NCBI RefSeq assembly: GCF_000009705.1
Contig: NC_003240.1
Span: 30,001 to 62,000, forward strand
Reading direction: 5' to 3'
DNA from: Nostoc sp. PCC 7120 = FACHB-418
GTDB taxonomy: Bacteria; Cyanobacteriota; Cyanobacteriia; Cyanobacteriales; Nostocaceae
DNA length: 32,000 nt
Shown here: piece after piece, positions 1 through 9,528 of the stretch
How the letters are laid out: each line of letters opens with the position of its first letter
Numbering within the stretch: position 1 is the stretch's first letter
Program-made: the position numbers and the translations under genes
Notes under the pieces: generated by a model
What the model was told of the DNA's origin: nothing
The model's input: the letters and a program-made list of their open reading frames with translations, nothing else
Database searches by the model: none

Positions 1-9
1 TCTACCCTA

Positions 10-666
10 TTGCAAATAATAAATATTGGCATGAGTGCTAGTACAAATCATCATGTCAAAGGCATGACGATAGTTCAACTCCAAGATGGGTCTATTTCAC
101 CTGGTAAATTTGCTGCTCCCAACGAACGCGAAGCCGAAACTATCAAACGCTTTATCTCAGATAGCATGATTAAAATGTTCGGCTGGAACGGAATAATCGA
201 AGCAACAGAAAATGGCGAAAATGTCACTAAACCTGATAGGGGAATAGATATTCAAACAACAAAAAATAGTAGAAAAAAAATTCCTACTAGAGCCTGGGAA
301 GCTGCATTTGCACTATCTGAAAATCAAGATTTCCGGGCAAATTTTCTTAAGAAATTAGCAGAAATCGTTCCAAGTGGTGTATTTAACGGTGAAGTTCAAG
401 TTTCACTCGTCACCCGCCATATCTCTGAACCCAGAAAAATTAAGGATGGACAGTGGGAAGTCGATTATATTGCTACACTCGTCAGCTTTAATAGGAACGA
501 AAACCAAGGCAAAGGAATCGCCTTTAACAAAACAATCACTGTTGAAGCTGTCGATACTCCCAAGTTACCAAATAAGCCAACTGAACTCGATAAGAAAATT
601 TATTTAGTACGAGAACCAGGTTTAGAAATTACTCAAATTGTTGATTATAACCTCGGCAAGAAATAA
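10..666 (+). CDS. T4SS-operon protein, possibly VirB8/DotI(IcmL)-like; 5' end uncertain (frame open to position 1, first ATG at 31)
   Basis: Long ORF on the same strand, ending 24 nt upstream of the VirB10-like gene. Its size and position fit a VirB8-class component. No diagnostic motif recognised, so the function is contextual only. Confidence 0.4.
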   Translation: MQIINIGMSASTNHHVKGMTIVQLQDGSISPGKFAAPNEREAETIKRFISDSMIKMFGWNGIIEATENGENVTKPDRGIDIQTTKNSRKKIPTRAWEAAFALSENQDFRANFLKKLAEIVPSGVFNGEVQVSLVTRHISEPRKIKDGQWEVDYIATLVSFNRNENQGKGIAFNKTITVEAVDTPKLPNKPTELDKKIYLVREPGLEITQIVDYNLGKK

Positions 667-690
667 AAATCATTAATCAAGCATAGAACT

Positions 691-2517
691 ATGTTACAGC
701 TAGAACATGAGGCTTCCAATAAACATATATCTTCCGTAAATAGTCTTTTACCAATCGATAGTGCAGAAGAAGATGAAGTTGAAAATTCACAATTTGAGGT
801 GGTTGAAGAAGATGAAACTGAAGTAGAAGACCCCGCGTTAATCCAAACTAAACACGACTTTGTTACATCTCCCTGGTCAAGATTAGGAATTATTGGTGGT
901 GCATTCGGAGCTGGGTTTCTAGTTATATTTGTTGTCCTCAACGGCATAATGAATGGGAGTGGTAAAAACGCCAAAAAACCAGAATTAACTACTACTCCAA
1001 CTCCCACAGTTGCCGCATCTGAGAAAAAAGAAGGTGATGTTTATGCCAAGCTTGCTCTCGCCAAGCAACAGGAAGAACTTGATGCACTAAATGGTCAAGC
1101 TAACACAGAAGACAAAGAGGAGAAAAAGGAAACTACTGAAGAACAATCCAAAAACCAAGAGAAAACCCGTTCTATTCGACAACGAAGGGTAGTTGCTCAA
1201 GAAACTCCCCCTAATTCCAGAAGACGTGTATACCGAGAAGAAACACCCGAACCTGTTAGACCAACACGTAGAGTAGTGGCCTCACAGCCAATACCACCTC
1301 TACGTCCTAGCGCTCCTCTGCCAAAATTTGCCAAACAAACAGTTGCCAGCAACCAGAGTGTCGCCAAAGATCCAATAGCTGAACTCGAACGCCTGCGTAA
1401 CCTGGGTTCGGTTGGTCGAGTTGAGTATATGCTAGCCAGTACCACTGTCAGTGAACCTACAAACACGACAGTACCAGAAGTTACAGCTAAAACTGAAGAA
1501 ACATTACGCCCAGCAGAACAAAATAGCGATCGCTCTCGTCGTCGCCGTAGCCGACGCAGCGAGAATACCGAAACAGTTACCAATACCCCTAATCAAATTG
1601 AAGAACTGCGCCCGCGTTGGCAACCTGTAACCACAAACGACAGTACTCCAGAGTATAGCAATACTGATGACAAAGATAACAATCAAGCCGTGCCAGTTAT
1701 TTATAGCTTCTCGGTAAAAGAACCACAAACCATCTCAGAACTTGACAAAGAAAAGACCGTAGAATCCAGTTTTGCTAGTAATAAAGGAAACAACTCCACT
1801 CAGCAAGTCGAACAAGTTGCAAATAACTACCTGCCAGAAGAAGCACAGATACTCCAAGAAACACAACCGCAGTATCTAGTTGTCGGTTCGTTTGCAAGTG
1901 CAACCCTGGTAACTCCGCTCGTTATGCCCCAAACCAGTAATAACGCTCGTTCCCAAGAACAGACAAATACATTACGGTTTGTCGCCCGGTTGGACGAGCC
2001 GCTTTATAGCAATACTGGGGAAATAGCCATTCCCGCAGGAACACAGGTAACTATCGCTATGATTTCGGTTGATAGCACATCAGGTGTGCGTGCCGAAGTC
2101 ACGGCCATCCTCAAGGACGGAACCGAATACCCTCTATCACCTGGAACGATATCAGTCCTGGGAGAGGCGGGTTCGCCCCTAATCGCCAGACCTTACGACG
2201 ACAAGGGATCTGAAATTGCCAAATATGATGCCACATTAGGGACAATAGCTGGTCTTGCGAAAGTAGGGGAAATTATTAACCAGCCAGATGAAGAAGTCAC
2301 AGAAGATTTGCCTTTAGGTGGGACAAGAACCCGCAGCCGCAATAACAACCGGAACCTGGGAGCTGCTTTCCTTGAAGGTGCTTTTGGCAAACTTGGCGAA
2401 ACAGTCAGCAAGCGTACAGAACGTGCTACTGACGAAATCAACCGCCGTCCCAATGTTTGGTATGTGCCTAAAGACACCAAAATCACAATCAAAGTCGATA
2501 GGTCAATTAAGCTGTGA
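691..2517 (+). CDS. VirB10/TrbI-like type IV secretion protein
   Basis: 608-aa ORF with an acidic N-terminus and one TM helix (RLGIIGGAFGAGFLVIFVVL). A long Pro/Arg/Glu/Thr-rich low-complexity linker follows. The C-terminal ~210 aa (nt ~1873-2517) show a VirB10/TrbI-type pattern (IPAGTQVTIAMISVDSTSG, DGTEYPLSPGTISVLGEAGSP). This is the classic VirB10 architecture. Confidence 0.65.
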   Translation: MLQLEHEASNKHISSVNSLLPIDSAEEDEVENSQFEVVEEDETEVEDPALIQTKHDFVTSPWSRLGIIGGAFGAGFLVIFVVLNGIMNGSGKNAKKPELTTTPTPTVAASEKKEGDVYAKLALAKQQEELDALNGQANTEDKEEKKETTEEQSKNQEKTRSIRQRRVVAQETPPNSRRRVYREETPEPVRPTRRVVASQPIPPLRPSAPLPKFAKQTVASNQSVAKDPIAELERLRNLGSVGRVEYMLASTTVSEPTNTTVPEVTAKTEETLRPAEQNSDRSRRRRSRRSENTETVTNTPNQIEELRPRWQPVTTNDSTPEYSNTDDKDNNQAVPVIYSFSVKEPQTISELDKEKTVESSFASNKGNNSTQQVEQVANNYLPEEAQILQETQPQYLVVGSFASATLVTPLVMPQTSNNARSQEQTNTLRFVARLDEPLYSNTGEIAIPAGTQVTIAMISVDSTSGVRAEVTAILKDGTEYPLSPGTISVLGEAGSPLIARPYDDKGSEIAKYDATLGTIAGLAKVGEIINQPDEEVTEDLPLGGTRTRSRNNNRNLGAAFLEGAFGKLGETVSKRTERATDEINRRPNVWYVPKDTKITIKVDRSIKL

Positions 2518-3365
2518 AACTAAGAGATATAGCCGATTTTAGTTTAAGGATGCCTTGGGCGATTGCCTCTGGCACTGCGCTCCGCGCAATCGCCTTTGGT
2601 GGGTGCCTTACTATCGCCACCATGCTTGCACCAAACCAACTTGTACTAGCAAATACTATTCGTCAAGTTGCAGCGTCCCAGGTGTCAGGGGAAAATGCCC
2701 AATTGCAGACAGTTAAAGTCTGGCCCGGACATGGGGTATCAATATCGTTCTACAACACCAGAGAAATTATCAAGAAAATCTGGCTGGATGACCCATCTAG
2801 GTTTGTTTTTGATGTAGACGGATGTCTTGAGGGCTTGGGTAAGTGTTCTAGTAACAGCACGGGCGCTGGACTAATTCACATTCGCCGCATCGAGACAGTC
2901 AAAATCCCCGGTTTACCACCAGCTCCTTACGGGGCGCACATGACGGTGATTACCGAATCTGGCTCAACAAGGAAAAGCTATCACTTCCGGATTGTAGCGG
3001 GCAGTGGCACACCAGAGTACAGCCAAATTGAAATTATTGGCGACCCTCCCAGCAAACCTGAAGAAGTAAAACCAAAGGTTAGTTACACCGCATTATCTGA
3101 TAGCAGACATATAGCCAAAGGGATGCAAGTTGCTCTAAAAAACCAGTGGGTTACGACAGACAGCAAGCTCTGGAAGCGTCTGAACCAACTTGTGGAGTTG
3201 CGATCGCAAGGAGAGGAACTTGTTGTCGCCGCCAGCACCGCCGGAGTATCAATGCAATTGGTTGAAAAACTCATGCTGTTGGGTGGAAAGCGTTTGTTAG
3301 AAATACCACCACAGCGCACTAACCCTCTCACAACAACAAATCTAGGTAAATCAAGTTTTAAATAA
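2514..3365 (+). CDS. putative VirB9/TrbG/CagX-like T4SS protein
   Basis: GTG start overlaps the upstream stop (GTGA), and the N-terminus is hydrophobic. The blocks VKVWPGHGVSISFYNTREIIKKIWLDDPSRFVFDV, LIHIRRIE and MTVITESGSTRKSYHFRIV resemble the VirB9 N-domain pattern. Similarity is by eye only. Confidence 0.4.
   Translation: MKLRDIADFSLRMPWAIASGTALRAIAFGGCLTIATMLAPNQLVLANTIRQVAASQVSGENAQLQTVKVWPGHGVSISFYNTREIIKKIWLDDPSRFVFDVDGCLEGLGKCSSNSTGAGLIHIRRIETVKIPGLPPAPYGAHMTVITESGSTRKSYHFRIVAGSGTPEYSQIEIIGDPPSKPEEVKPKVSYTALSDSRHIAKGMQVALKNQWVTTDSKLWKRLNQLVELRSQGEELVVAASTAGVSMQLVEKLMLLGGKRLLEIPPQRTNPLTTTNLGKSSFK
2558..2594. repeat. GC-rich perfect 9-bp inverted repeat (GGCGATTGC-N19-GCAATCGCC) embedded in frame in the VirB9-like gene
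   Basis: Read directly from the sequence. It encodes WAIASGTALRAIAF. The local GC is much higher than in the flanks, typical of Nostoc-type small dispersed repeats. Confidence 0.6.
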
Positions 3366-3368
3366 ATA

Positions 3369-4826
3369 GTGATGTATAACGAAAATCTGGCCACTAACAA
3401 CCAAATTTTAAATCCTACACCAGAGGTAACTGCGATGCCTTCTCTACGAGACGCTGCGCGAACGGCGGGCGTAGCCATCGTACCAGTGAGAGCTGCAAGC
3501 CAGGAAACTACTCACAACAAAACCAACCGAGGGCTTGAGTACCGAATGGAAAAATTTAATAAATTACGCTACCTGATGGTTGCAGGACTTATTGCTGGGC
3601 TTGCCCTACATGGGTTAATCCGATATGGAGGTAGCTATAATATCGGCAGTCTCTTATTCGGCGAAAAAGCGGTAGCTCAAACAGTTCCATCGAAGTATTC
3701 AAATTTGAACACTTCGATAAATAAGACAAAACAAACCAAACAGCCACAGCCCGTTGCAACTAAATATGTCAATGGCGCACCTACTCCCGATTGGAGCAGT
3801 ATCACGTTTAGAAACATGAAATTTGGCGGTGCTGGCAGCGTCGAATTTCCTAATATCAAAAACCCTGGTATGAAGGAAACACGCACCTGGAGTGCTGGGC
3901 AAAGCCTTGCTGAAGTTATGGAACTGGGTGATTTTGAAGCAACTGAGTTCAATATTGAAGATTTCACGCTTGAAGATATCGCCGACATCACGGGCATTCA
4001 ACTCAAAAATGTCAAACTGTCAGATTTTGAAACACTCGATTGGCAAACACTCGAAGACCTCGCCGAAGCAATTCCTAATTTAGAAGATTCAGAAGTCGGA
4101 GCCATTCCACCAATTCAAGAACTAGTAACCAAAGTTACAGGTAGCACCGCAAGCTACCAAACTGTTGGTGAAGTGCTGGACAATTATCCCCAACTGGGAG
4201 AAGTGGAACTGAGTGAGTATGTCAAACTTGATAAATATAAACTAACCAGTATTCCTGGTATTGAGGATGCACAGCTAAAAGACTTTACTAACTGGCAAAA
4301 TACAACAATTAACAAGATTCCGGGATTAGCTGATGTACCGTTCGATCGGTTCCCCAGCGTTCCCATCCCCGATGTTAGCTTTATCGGCAAAGTAGACTTA
4401 CCCCTCGGTTCGCTTGAAAGCGGACGCTGGAAGTCAATAAGCGGTAGTTACCAAGCTGGGTTTAATGTCCCGTGCGAGAAAACGTGTGGTCACATCGAAG
4501 TTTCGGGTAGCGATATTGTGACTGGCGCACAATGGATGTCCGGTAAAGACCAAAAAGTTAAAGGCGGATTCGGCATCTTGGGCAGTCTCAACGGTGGAAA
4601 AGAACCCACAGGTCGTCACCCCTTTGGGAAATCATTTAAACAAGTCATCTGGGATATTAACGAGGCGGACGGCAGTATAACCACCGCAATGTTCTTCCGT
4701 ATTTGCAAGCGGGGGTGGGTTGACTTGGGTTGCTCGCCATACTTCATTGGCCCAGTTCCCTTCTTCACCTACCGCGAGATAGACCCAATTATCCTTGGTA
4801 CGCCCCTCACCGTACCTAAAAATTAA
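3369..4826 (+). CDS. membrane-anchored hypothetical protein in the T4SS operon (start GTG 3369 or ATG 3372)
   Basis: 485-aa ORF with a TM helix (LMVAGLIAGLALHGLIRYG). It has an acidic LED/LEDL-rich middle and a Cys-containing C-terminal domain of unknown family. It lies between the VirB9-like gene and the coupling protein gene. The GC-rich repeat-like segment at 3433-3480 is in frame. Confidence 0.6.
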   Translation: MMYNENLATNNQILNPTPEVTAMPSLRDAARTAGVAIVPVRAASQETTHNKTNRGLEYRMEKFNKLRYLMVAGLIAGLALHGLIRYGGSYNIGSLLFGEKAVAQTVPSKYSNLNTSINKTKQTKQPQPVATKYVNGAPTPDWSSITFRNMKFGGAGSVEFPNIKNPGMKETRTWSAGQSLAEVMELGDFEATEFNIEDFTLEDIADITGIQLKNVKLSDFETLDWQTLEDLAEAIPNLEDSEVGAIPPIQELVTKVTGSTASYQTVGEVLDNYPQLGEVELSEYVKLDKYKLTSIPGIEDAQLKDFTNWQNTTINKIPGLADVPFDRFPSVPIPDVSFIGKVDLPLGSLESGRWKSISGSYQAGFNVPCEKTCGHIEVSGSDIVTGAQWMSGKDQKVKGGFGILGSLNGGKEPTGRHPFGKSFKQVIWDINEADGSITTAMFFRICKRGWVDLGCSPYFIGPVPFFTYREIDPIILGTPLTVPKN

Positions 4827-4909
4827 CAAGTAAAAAGGCAATCATAGAAGAATTTATCCTCTCTAATTTTTGACTTGAAGAGGACACACTAGACAACCAA
4901 TGAAGAAAT

Positions 4910-6736
4910 ATGCAACTTCACTTCACCGCATATTTCTTCGATTTCCTCATGCAATTAACACAGATTAATATGAATAATTATCTGTTTGCAACGGCTAAAA
5001 CTAAGACAGTTAGAGAAGTAAAAGCAAACAATAAAAATAGCAATACTGACTTTAGTAAGTATACAGATAAGCTCATGTCACCTCAAGGTTTGGCACTGGC
5101 TGGGGGAATTGGCTTATTGTTGCTTTTACAGCTTTTTAGTAATGGTAAAAAAGGCAAGCTTGCTACTAGCTATTGGGGTGGAGCAAAGGAAACCGCCCAA
5201 GCTAAGAAAAAAGCTCTCAAGCAAATCGTCGCTCCTAAGTGCGATAGTGCCAGTTTATATATTGGAGTACACAAATACAATGGTCAAAAATTACCCCAGG
5301 GGAGTGGGGGAGTTCCAGTTTATATACCCGATGTTCAACGGGGAACTGCTGTAATTGGCGCACCTGGTAGTGGTAAATCATTCTCGGCTATCAACCCGAT
5401 GATTTACTCAGCAATTGACCAAGGGTTTGGTATAGTACTATACGATTTCAAGTATGCCAGTCAAGCCAAAATCGCCAGTTATGCCAAATCCAAGGGGTAT
5501 GACGTACATATCTTTGCACCAGGATTTCCTGAATCAGAGGTATGTAACCCAATCGATTTTTTACGCGACAGTAGCGATGCTGAAACCGCAAGGCAGTTAG
5601 CTACGGTAATTAACAAAAACTTCCGCCTGTTAGGTAATGCGTCTGAGGATGCCTTCTTTGGCCCCGCCGGCGACCAGTTGACGCAGGCTATTTTAATGCT
5701 AACTAAAGAGTTTGGCGACCACGCTGATATTATGACGGCTGCGGCAATACTTTCTAGCGAGAAGATGGTCGAACGCTTGATGGCAGCCGAACTAAACCCC
5801 TGGATTAGGATAGCTTTTGGTCAATTATTTAGCTCGGCTGGCTCAGAGAAAACTGTAGCGGGTATTGCTGGTAGTGCTTCATTGATGTTCACCCGGTTCA
5901 TGGCAAGGGGTACATTGGGATGCTTTGTCGGTAAAACAACCTTGCCCTTGGAGGTAAAACGCAAACAGATGATTATCTTCGGGTTAGACCGCGAACGCCG
6001 CGATGCTGTCAGCCCGCTGATGACCAGTATTCTTCACATGGTAGTTTCCCGTAGTATTGCCAAAAAACGTAAGGAAGACGGCCCATTAGTAGTGTGTCTT
6101 GACGAGTTGCCAAGTATCTTCCTTCCAGATTTATTTAGATGGCTTAACGAATCTCGTTCCGAAGGATTCTGCGGTATCCTGGGTTGGCAAAATATGGGTC
6201 AGCTTGAAAAGATTTATGGTAAAGAAATCTCTAAAGCTATCCTTGGTGCGTGCGGTACAAAATTTGTTTTTAATCCTGGCGAAGAAGAATCAGCACGATT
6301 ATTTTCTGCATATTTAGGTGAAGAGGAAATTAAATATAAACAAAAATCTCGCTCAACGGGAGGGGGTAAATCCAGTACATCTATCAGCGAACAAGAACGG
6401 ACTCGCAAGCTATTCGAGCCAGCCCAATTTCTCAAATTACCACCTGGTAAATGTCTATTTATCAACCCAGCTTATAGTAATAAAAATGAGGGTTCAGTAC
6501 CACTATTAAAAAACATCAAAATCCCCAAACAGATCATTGGATTAGAACAAGAAAATGACGCTAACTGGGATAAACTCATCAAAGAGCTTGCTAGGAAAAG
6601 TACCCAGAAAAAACCGACACAGGAAGATTTAGATTTACGAGTCAAAGAAGTCGCTCGGAAGTTTCCTATCCCACAAGCACCAGTACAAGCAGGCAATGCA
6701 CCGTTACCTGTTGATGCGTACAAGAGCTTTTTCTAA
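4910..6736 (+). CDS. virD4: type IV coupling protein (VirD4/TraG/TraD family ATPase)
   Basis: N-terminal TM segment (GLALAGGIGLLLLLQLF), Walker A VIGAPGSGKSFS and Walker B-like LVVCLDELPSI. Downstream block GWQNMGQLEKIYGKE...ILGACGTKFVFNPGEEESA is typical of T4CPs. The true start may be a downstream Met. Confidence 0.85.
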   Translation: MQLHFTAYFFDFLMQLTQINMNNYLFATAKTKTVREVKANNKNSNTDFSKYTDKLMSPQGLALAGGIGLLLLLQLFSNGKKGKLATSYWGGAKETAQAKKKALKQIVAPKCDSASLYIGVHKYNGQKLPQGSGGVPVYIPDVQRGTAVIGAPGSGKSFSAINPMIYSAIDQGFGIVLYDFKYASQAKIASYAKSKGYDVHIFAPGFPESEVCNPIDFLRDSSDAETARQLATVINKNFRLLGNASEDAFFGPAGDQLTQAILMLTKEFGDHADIMTAAAILSSEKMVERLMAAELNPWIRIAFGQLFSSAGSEKTVAGIAGSASLMFTRFMARGTLGCFVGKTTLPLEVKRKQMIIFGLDRERRDAVSPLMTSILHMVVSRSIAKKRKEDGPLVVCLDELPSIFLPDLFRWLNESRSEGFCGILGWQNMGQLEKIYGKEISKAILGACGTKFVFNPGEEESARLFSAYLGEEEIKYKQKSRSTGGGKSSTSISEQERTRKLFEPAQFLKLPPGKCLFINPAYSNKNEGSVPLLKNIKIPKQIIGLEQENDANWDKLIKELARKSTQKKPTQEDLDLRVKEVARKFPIPQAPVQAGNAPLPVDAYKSFF

Positions 6737-6822
6737 AAACTTTAAGTTTAATGACCAACTGGTTTTTATAAAGCACAGTCAGACTGTTTGAATTTATAGA
6801 TTATTTTCACCACATTTAATAT

Positions 6823-9312
6823 ATGTTTGACACCAGACACACTCAAATTAACGAATCATATTTAGGTACAGCCGATACTGCAATTCAAACAAGTCGAGAA
6901 TTAAGTAAAAGCCTCATCAATGTACTTACTAAGATAACTAAAGTAATTCTCGAAAAACTCAAAGAAGCTCAAGAAGCAAGTAAAATTGCAGTTAAAGTTG
7001 GCAAAGATATCTACAATCTTGTACCTGATGAATCTACCCCTGGTGCGTATAAATGGGAAAAGGTAGATTTAACCAGTCAAAGTATAAAAAGCAATCAAGA
7101 AACTAATATTGTGTTAATGCCCGATTTATTAGTAGAAGGTCAATACACAATAGAAACTGAACCTTTTACTAACTATCAAGCACAAACAATTGCTGCAAGA
7201 TTAGTAGAAGATGTACCCAATTTCAATAGTGATTATCAGCAAACAAGTGATAATACTCTAAAAATTACAGCTTATCTAGAGTCAGATGGTTCAGCAAAAC
7301 AAATCGTTATCTACGAACAAAATAGCGAAGGTAAATGTACAACTAATCTCGTCACTGGAATACTTACTCCAGATGAAATAATAGATGTAGCAAGTGAACC
7401 ACTAGTTAAGTTACTACCTCCATCTGCTGACATTATTAACAATCATAAAGATACAAAAGACTTATTATTTGATAACGGCAACCCAGATGTAACAAAAGTA
7501 ACTGCATCCTTAGATAAATTATCAGTAATATTGAACGAAGATAATCAACCATTAAATTCTGAAATTGTAACTACACCAGTTAACTTGGATTACGAAGAAG
7601 AGGAAGCTGCGGTAGGTTTTATAAATGATATCGACATTAGTAATCCACCCGACTTTGACTCCCCACCAGATGTTAATTATTATCAGTCTCCTGTAGTCAA
7701 AAACTATCCTGAATCAGTAGAGCAGACACTCAACGAACAATCTGAAACTAAGATTCAAGCAGTCGAATCAAATACTTCACAACAGTTACCACAAGATGAA
7801 AACAGCGAAAACAGTTCGTCTATAAATCAAGAAATTAACTTATCTGTTGAAATAGAGGTAGATGACAGGTTTGGAGATGATGTGGTCAATAATCTTCAAG
7901 AAGAAATCGCACAGTCCGAAGAAACTATTCAAATTCGACCGATAGTTACTAGTAACCATCAATCTCAAAATCAAGCTGGAGAGGAGGTAAATGAAAATGT
8001 AAATCCCAATCAGTTTTTTGCACAAGAGCCAGAGGAGCAAACGACTAATAATCGAAAAAAATATGCACCTAAGTTTACGTATCAAGATGTAGAGCCAGCA
8101 GCACAACAGTGGGCGCGTCAGGTTGAAGTACCTATTTATCAAATTAATAATAAACAAGCGCGGGAAGAACGTTACAACGGGGAAAATAAAGATATTGCTG
8201 AAACTGCGATCGCAATGTTAAAAAAATACGGCACTCTTGAACAAGATGGGTCACGTATTTACCGTAGCGATACATTTGTGATTCGCCAAGAGGAAGACAC
8301 TGTTAGCATTCACCGCCGCAGTGATGAACTATTTGGGTGGGAGAACTCTTTGATGGATTTTAAACTCAACAAAAAAGAGGAACCTAAAATCACGAAAAAG
8401 CCTACAGAGATGTTACCTGTTGAACGTCAGGAGTTTCTCATTGCGGCAGAATACTTAGGCGACAATGGCAAGCTACCTGACCTCAATAATGCCGATATCC
8501 GTGATGTAGCAAACAGCTTGGGGAGTCTTGCACCTGCCGGCACGATCAAAACGCTGGAAGTATTTAAACAAAATGAGATGTTGCACACCCTGAATAATGT
8601 CCTCATCCAGGCTGATAAGGAAGAACTTATAGTAGGTGAATTTACTATCAAGCGATCGCGCAACCCCGAAAAAAATCGAGCCAGCTTGCAATTATTTAAA
8701 ACTACCGAAGAAAAAGGTACTCAGGAACTTGTCCGGTTTGATCTAACTAAAACCGAAGCTGGCATTACCAAAGAAGTCAGCAAGATGAACATCTCTGAGT
8801 ACGACATCAACCAAATTAAGTTTATTGCCCAAAACGCCAGCAAACTCAACCTGGAACAAATTTTTGGTAATGAACAATCTACTCCCACCGCCGCATCTGC
8901 ACCCAAAGAACGAGTAATACAAGCAGTTAGCGATCTGCCTGTCACAGTTCACCCTTACATCGCCAAGGAATGGGCAAATATGGTCAAGCATGGTGGCCCT
9001 GGCTGGGGAGGGGCAATGAATCAAGGCAATGAAGAAATTCTTCAACGGATAAATGAGAACAACGGCAAGTTACCAATTGCCGACCAGAGAGAGATGTACT
9101 TCAAGATTATGACCCATAAGGCAACTGAGGCACAAAAGCAAGGAGAAACAGTCGTCGATTTTGTTCCGCTTAAAGATATTATGAATGACTTACAAGTATG
9201 GCGAGGAGAAGAAATTCGGCAGCAATATACCCCTACTGAACACATACCCTCCCCTCAAAAGCAAACTGTCGCTGCTGCACCTAAAACCAAGTCAAGAGAA
9301 GTTGAACTATAA
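6823..9312 (+). CDS. large (829 aa) acidic hypothetical protein downstream of the coupling protein
   Basis: Uninterrupted 2.5-kb ORF with coding-like composition. It has a long acidic, Asn/Gln/Glu-rich central region. No HUH/relaxase, ATPase or other motif recognised. Confidence 0.6.
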   Translation: MFDTRHTQINESYLGTADTAIQTSRELSKSLINVLTKITKVILEKLKEAQEASKIAVKVGKDIYNLVPDESTPGAYKWEKVDLTSQSIKSNQETNIVLMPDLLVEGQYTIETEPFTNYQAQTIAARLVEDVPNFNSDYQQTSDNTLKITAYLESDGSAKQIVIYEQNSEGKCTTNLVTGILTPDEIIDVASEPLVKLLPPSADIINNHKDTKDLLFDNGNPDVTKVTASLDKLSVILNEDNQPLNSEIVTTPVNLDYEEEEAAVGFINDIDISNPPDFDSPPDVNYYQSPVVKNYPESVEQTLNEQSETKIQAVESNTSQQLPQDENSENSSSINQEINLSVEIEVDDRFGDDVVNNLQEEIAQSEETIQIRPIVTSNHQSQNQAGEEVNENVNPNQFFAQEPEEQTTNNRKKYAPKFTYQDVEPAAQQWARQVEVPIYQINNKQAREERYNGENKDIAETAIAMLKKYGTLEQDGSRIYRSDTFVIRQEEDTVSIHRRSDELFGWENSLMDFKLNKKEEPKITKKPTEMLPVERQEFLIAAEYLGDNGKLPDLNNADIRDVANSLGSLAPAGTIKTLEVFKQNEMLHTLNNVLIQADKEELIVGEFTIKRSRNPEKNRASLQLFKTTEEKGTQELVRFDLTKTEAGITKEVSKMNISEYDINQIKFIAQNASKLNLEQIFGNEQSTPTAASAPKERVIQAVSDLPVTVHPYIAKEWANMVKHGGPGWGGAMNQGNEEILQRINENNGKLPIADQREMYFKIMTHKATEAQKQGETVVDFVPLKDIMNDLQVWRGEEIRQQYTPTEHIPSPQKQTVAAAPKTKSREVEL

Positions 9313-9377
9313 ATTACCCGTCACCAAGTTTGCAAAGTTGCATTGGCAATATAAAAACTTGGGTTTAGAAGTTACGC

Positions 9378-9400
9378 AAATTTACATCAGTTGTAAATTT
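9378..9400 (+). terminator. A/T-rich hairpin (AAATTTACA-N5-TGTAAATTT) after the T4SS operon; weak terminator candidate
   Basis: Perfect 9-bp inverted repeat seen in the 216-nt intergenic region. The downstream sequence is T-rich but has no clean U-tract. Confidence 0.25.
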
Positions 9401-9528
9401 CAACTCAACAAGCTTTTCATTTATTTTAATGATTAGTTTATTGTTTTAAATAACACTATATAAGGGAAAATTACTACGCAAAGCTCACGCAGATACTCAA
9501 TGTAGTATTTCAAGCGAAAAATCAAAAA

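Noticed and set aside
645-1007. Antisense or alternative-frame ORFs overlapping long genes. Examples: 645-1007, 1197-1583, 3083-3478, 7840-8157, 17003-17272, 20972-21316, 24196-24537, plus the short + strand ORFs nested in larger ones.
   Set aside because: Each lies fully inside, or opposite to, a longer ORF that has recognisable motifs or coding-like composition. Their translations are low-complexity or Cys/Ser/Leu-rich shadow products.
1510-1570. Arg-rich stretch RSRRRRSRRS with a HIP1 site in the VirB10-like gene, considered as a separate repeat insertion or signal.
   Set aside because: It is embedded in a 300-aa low-complexity Pro/Arg/Glu linker of similar character. There are no inverted or direct repeat boundaries.
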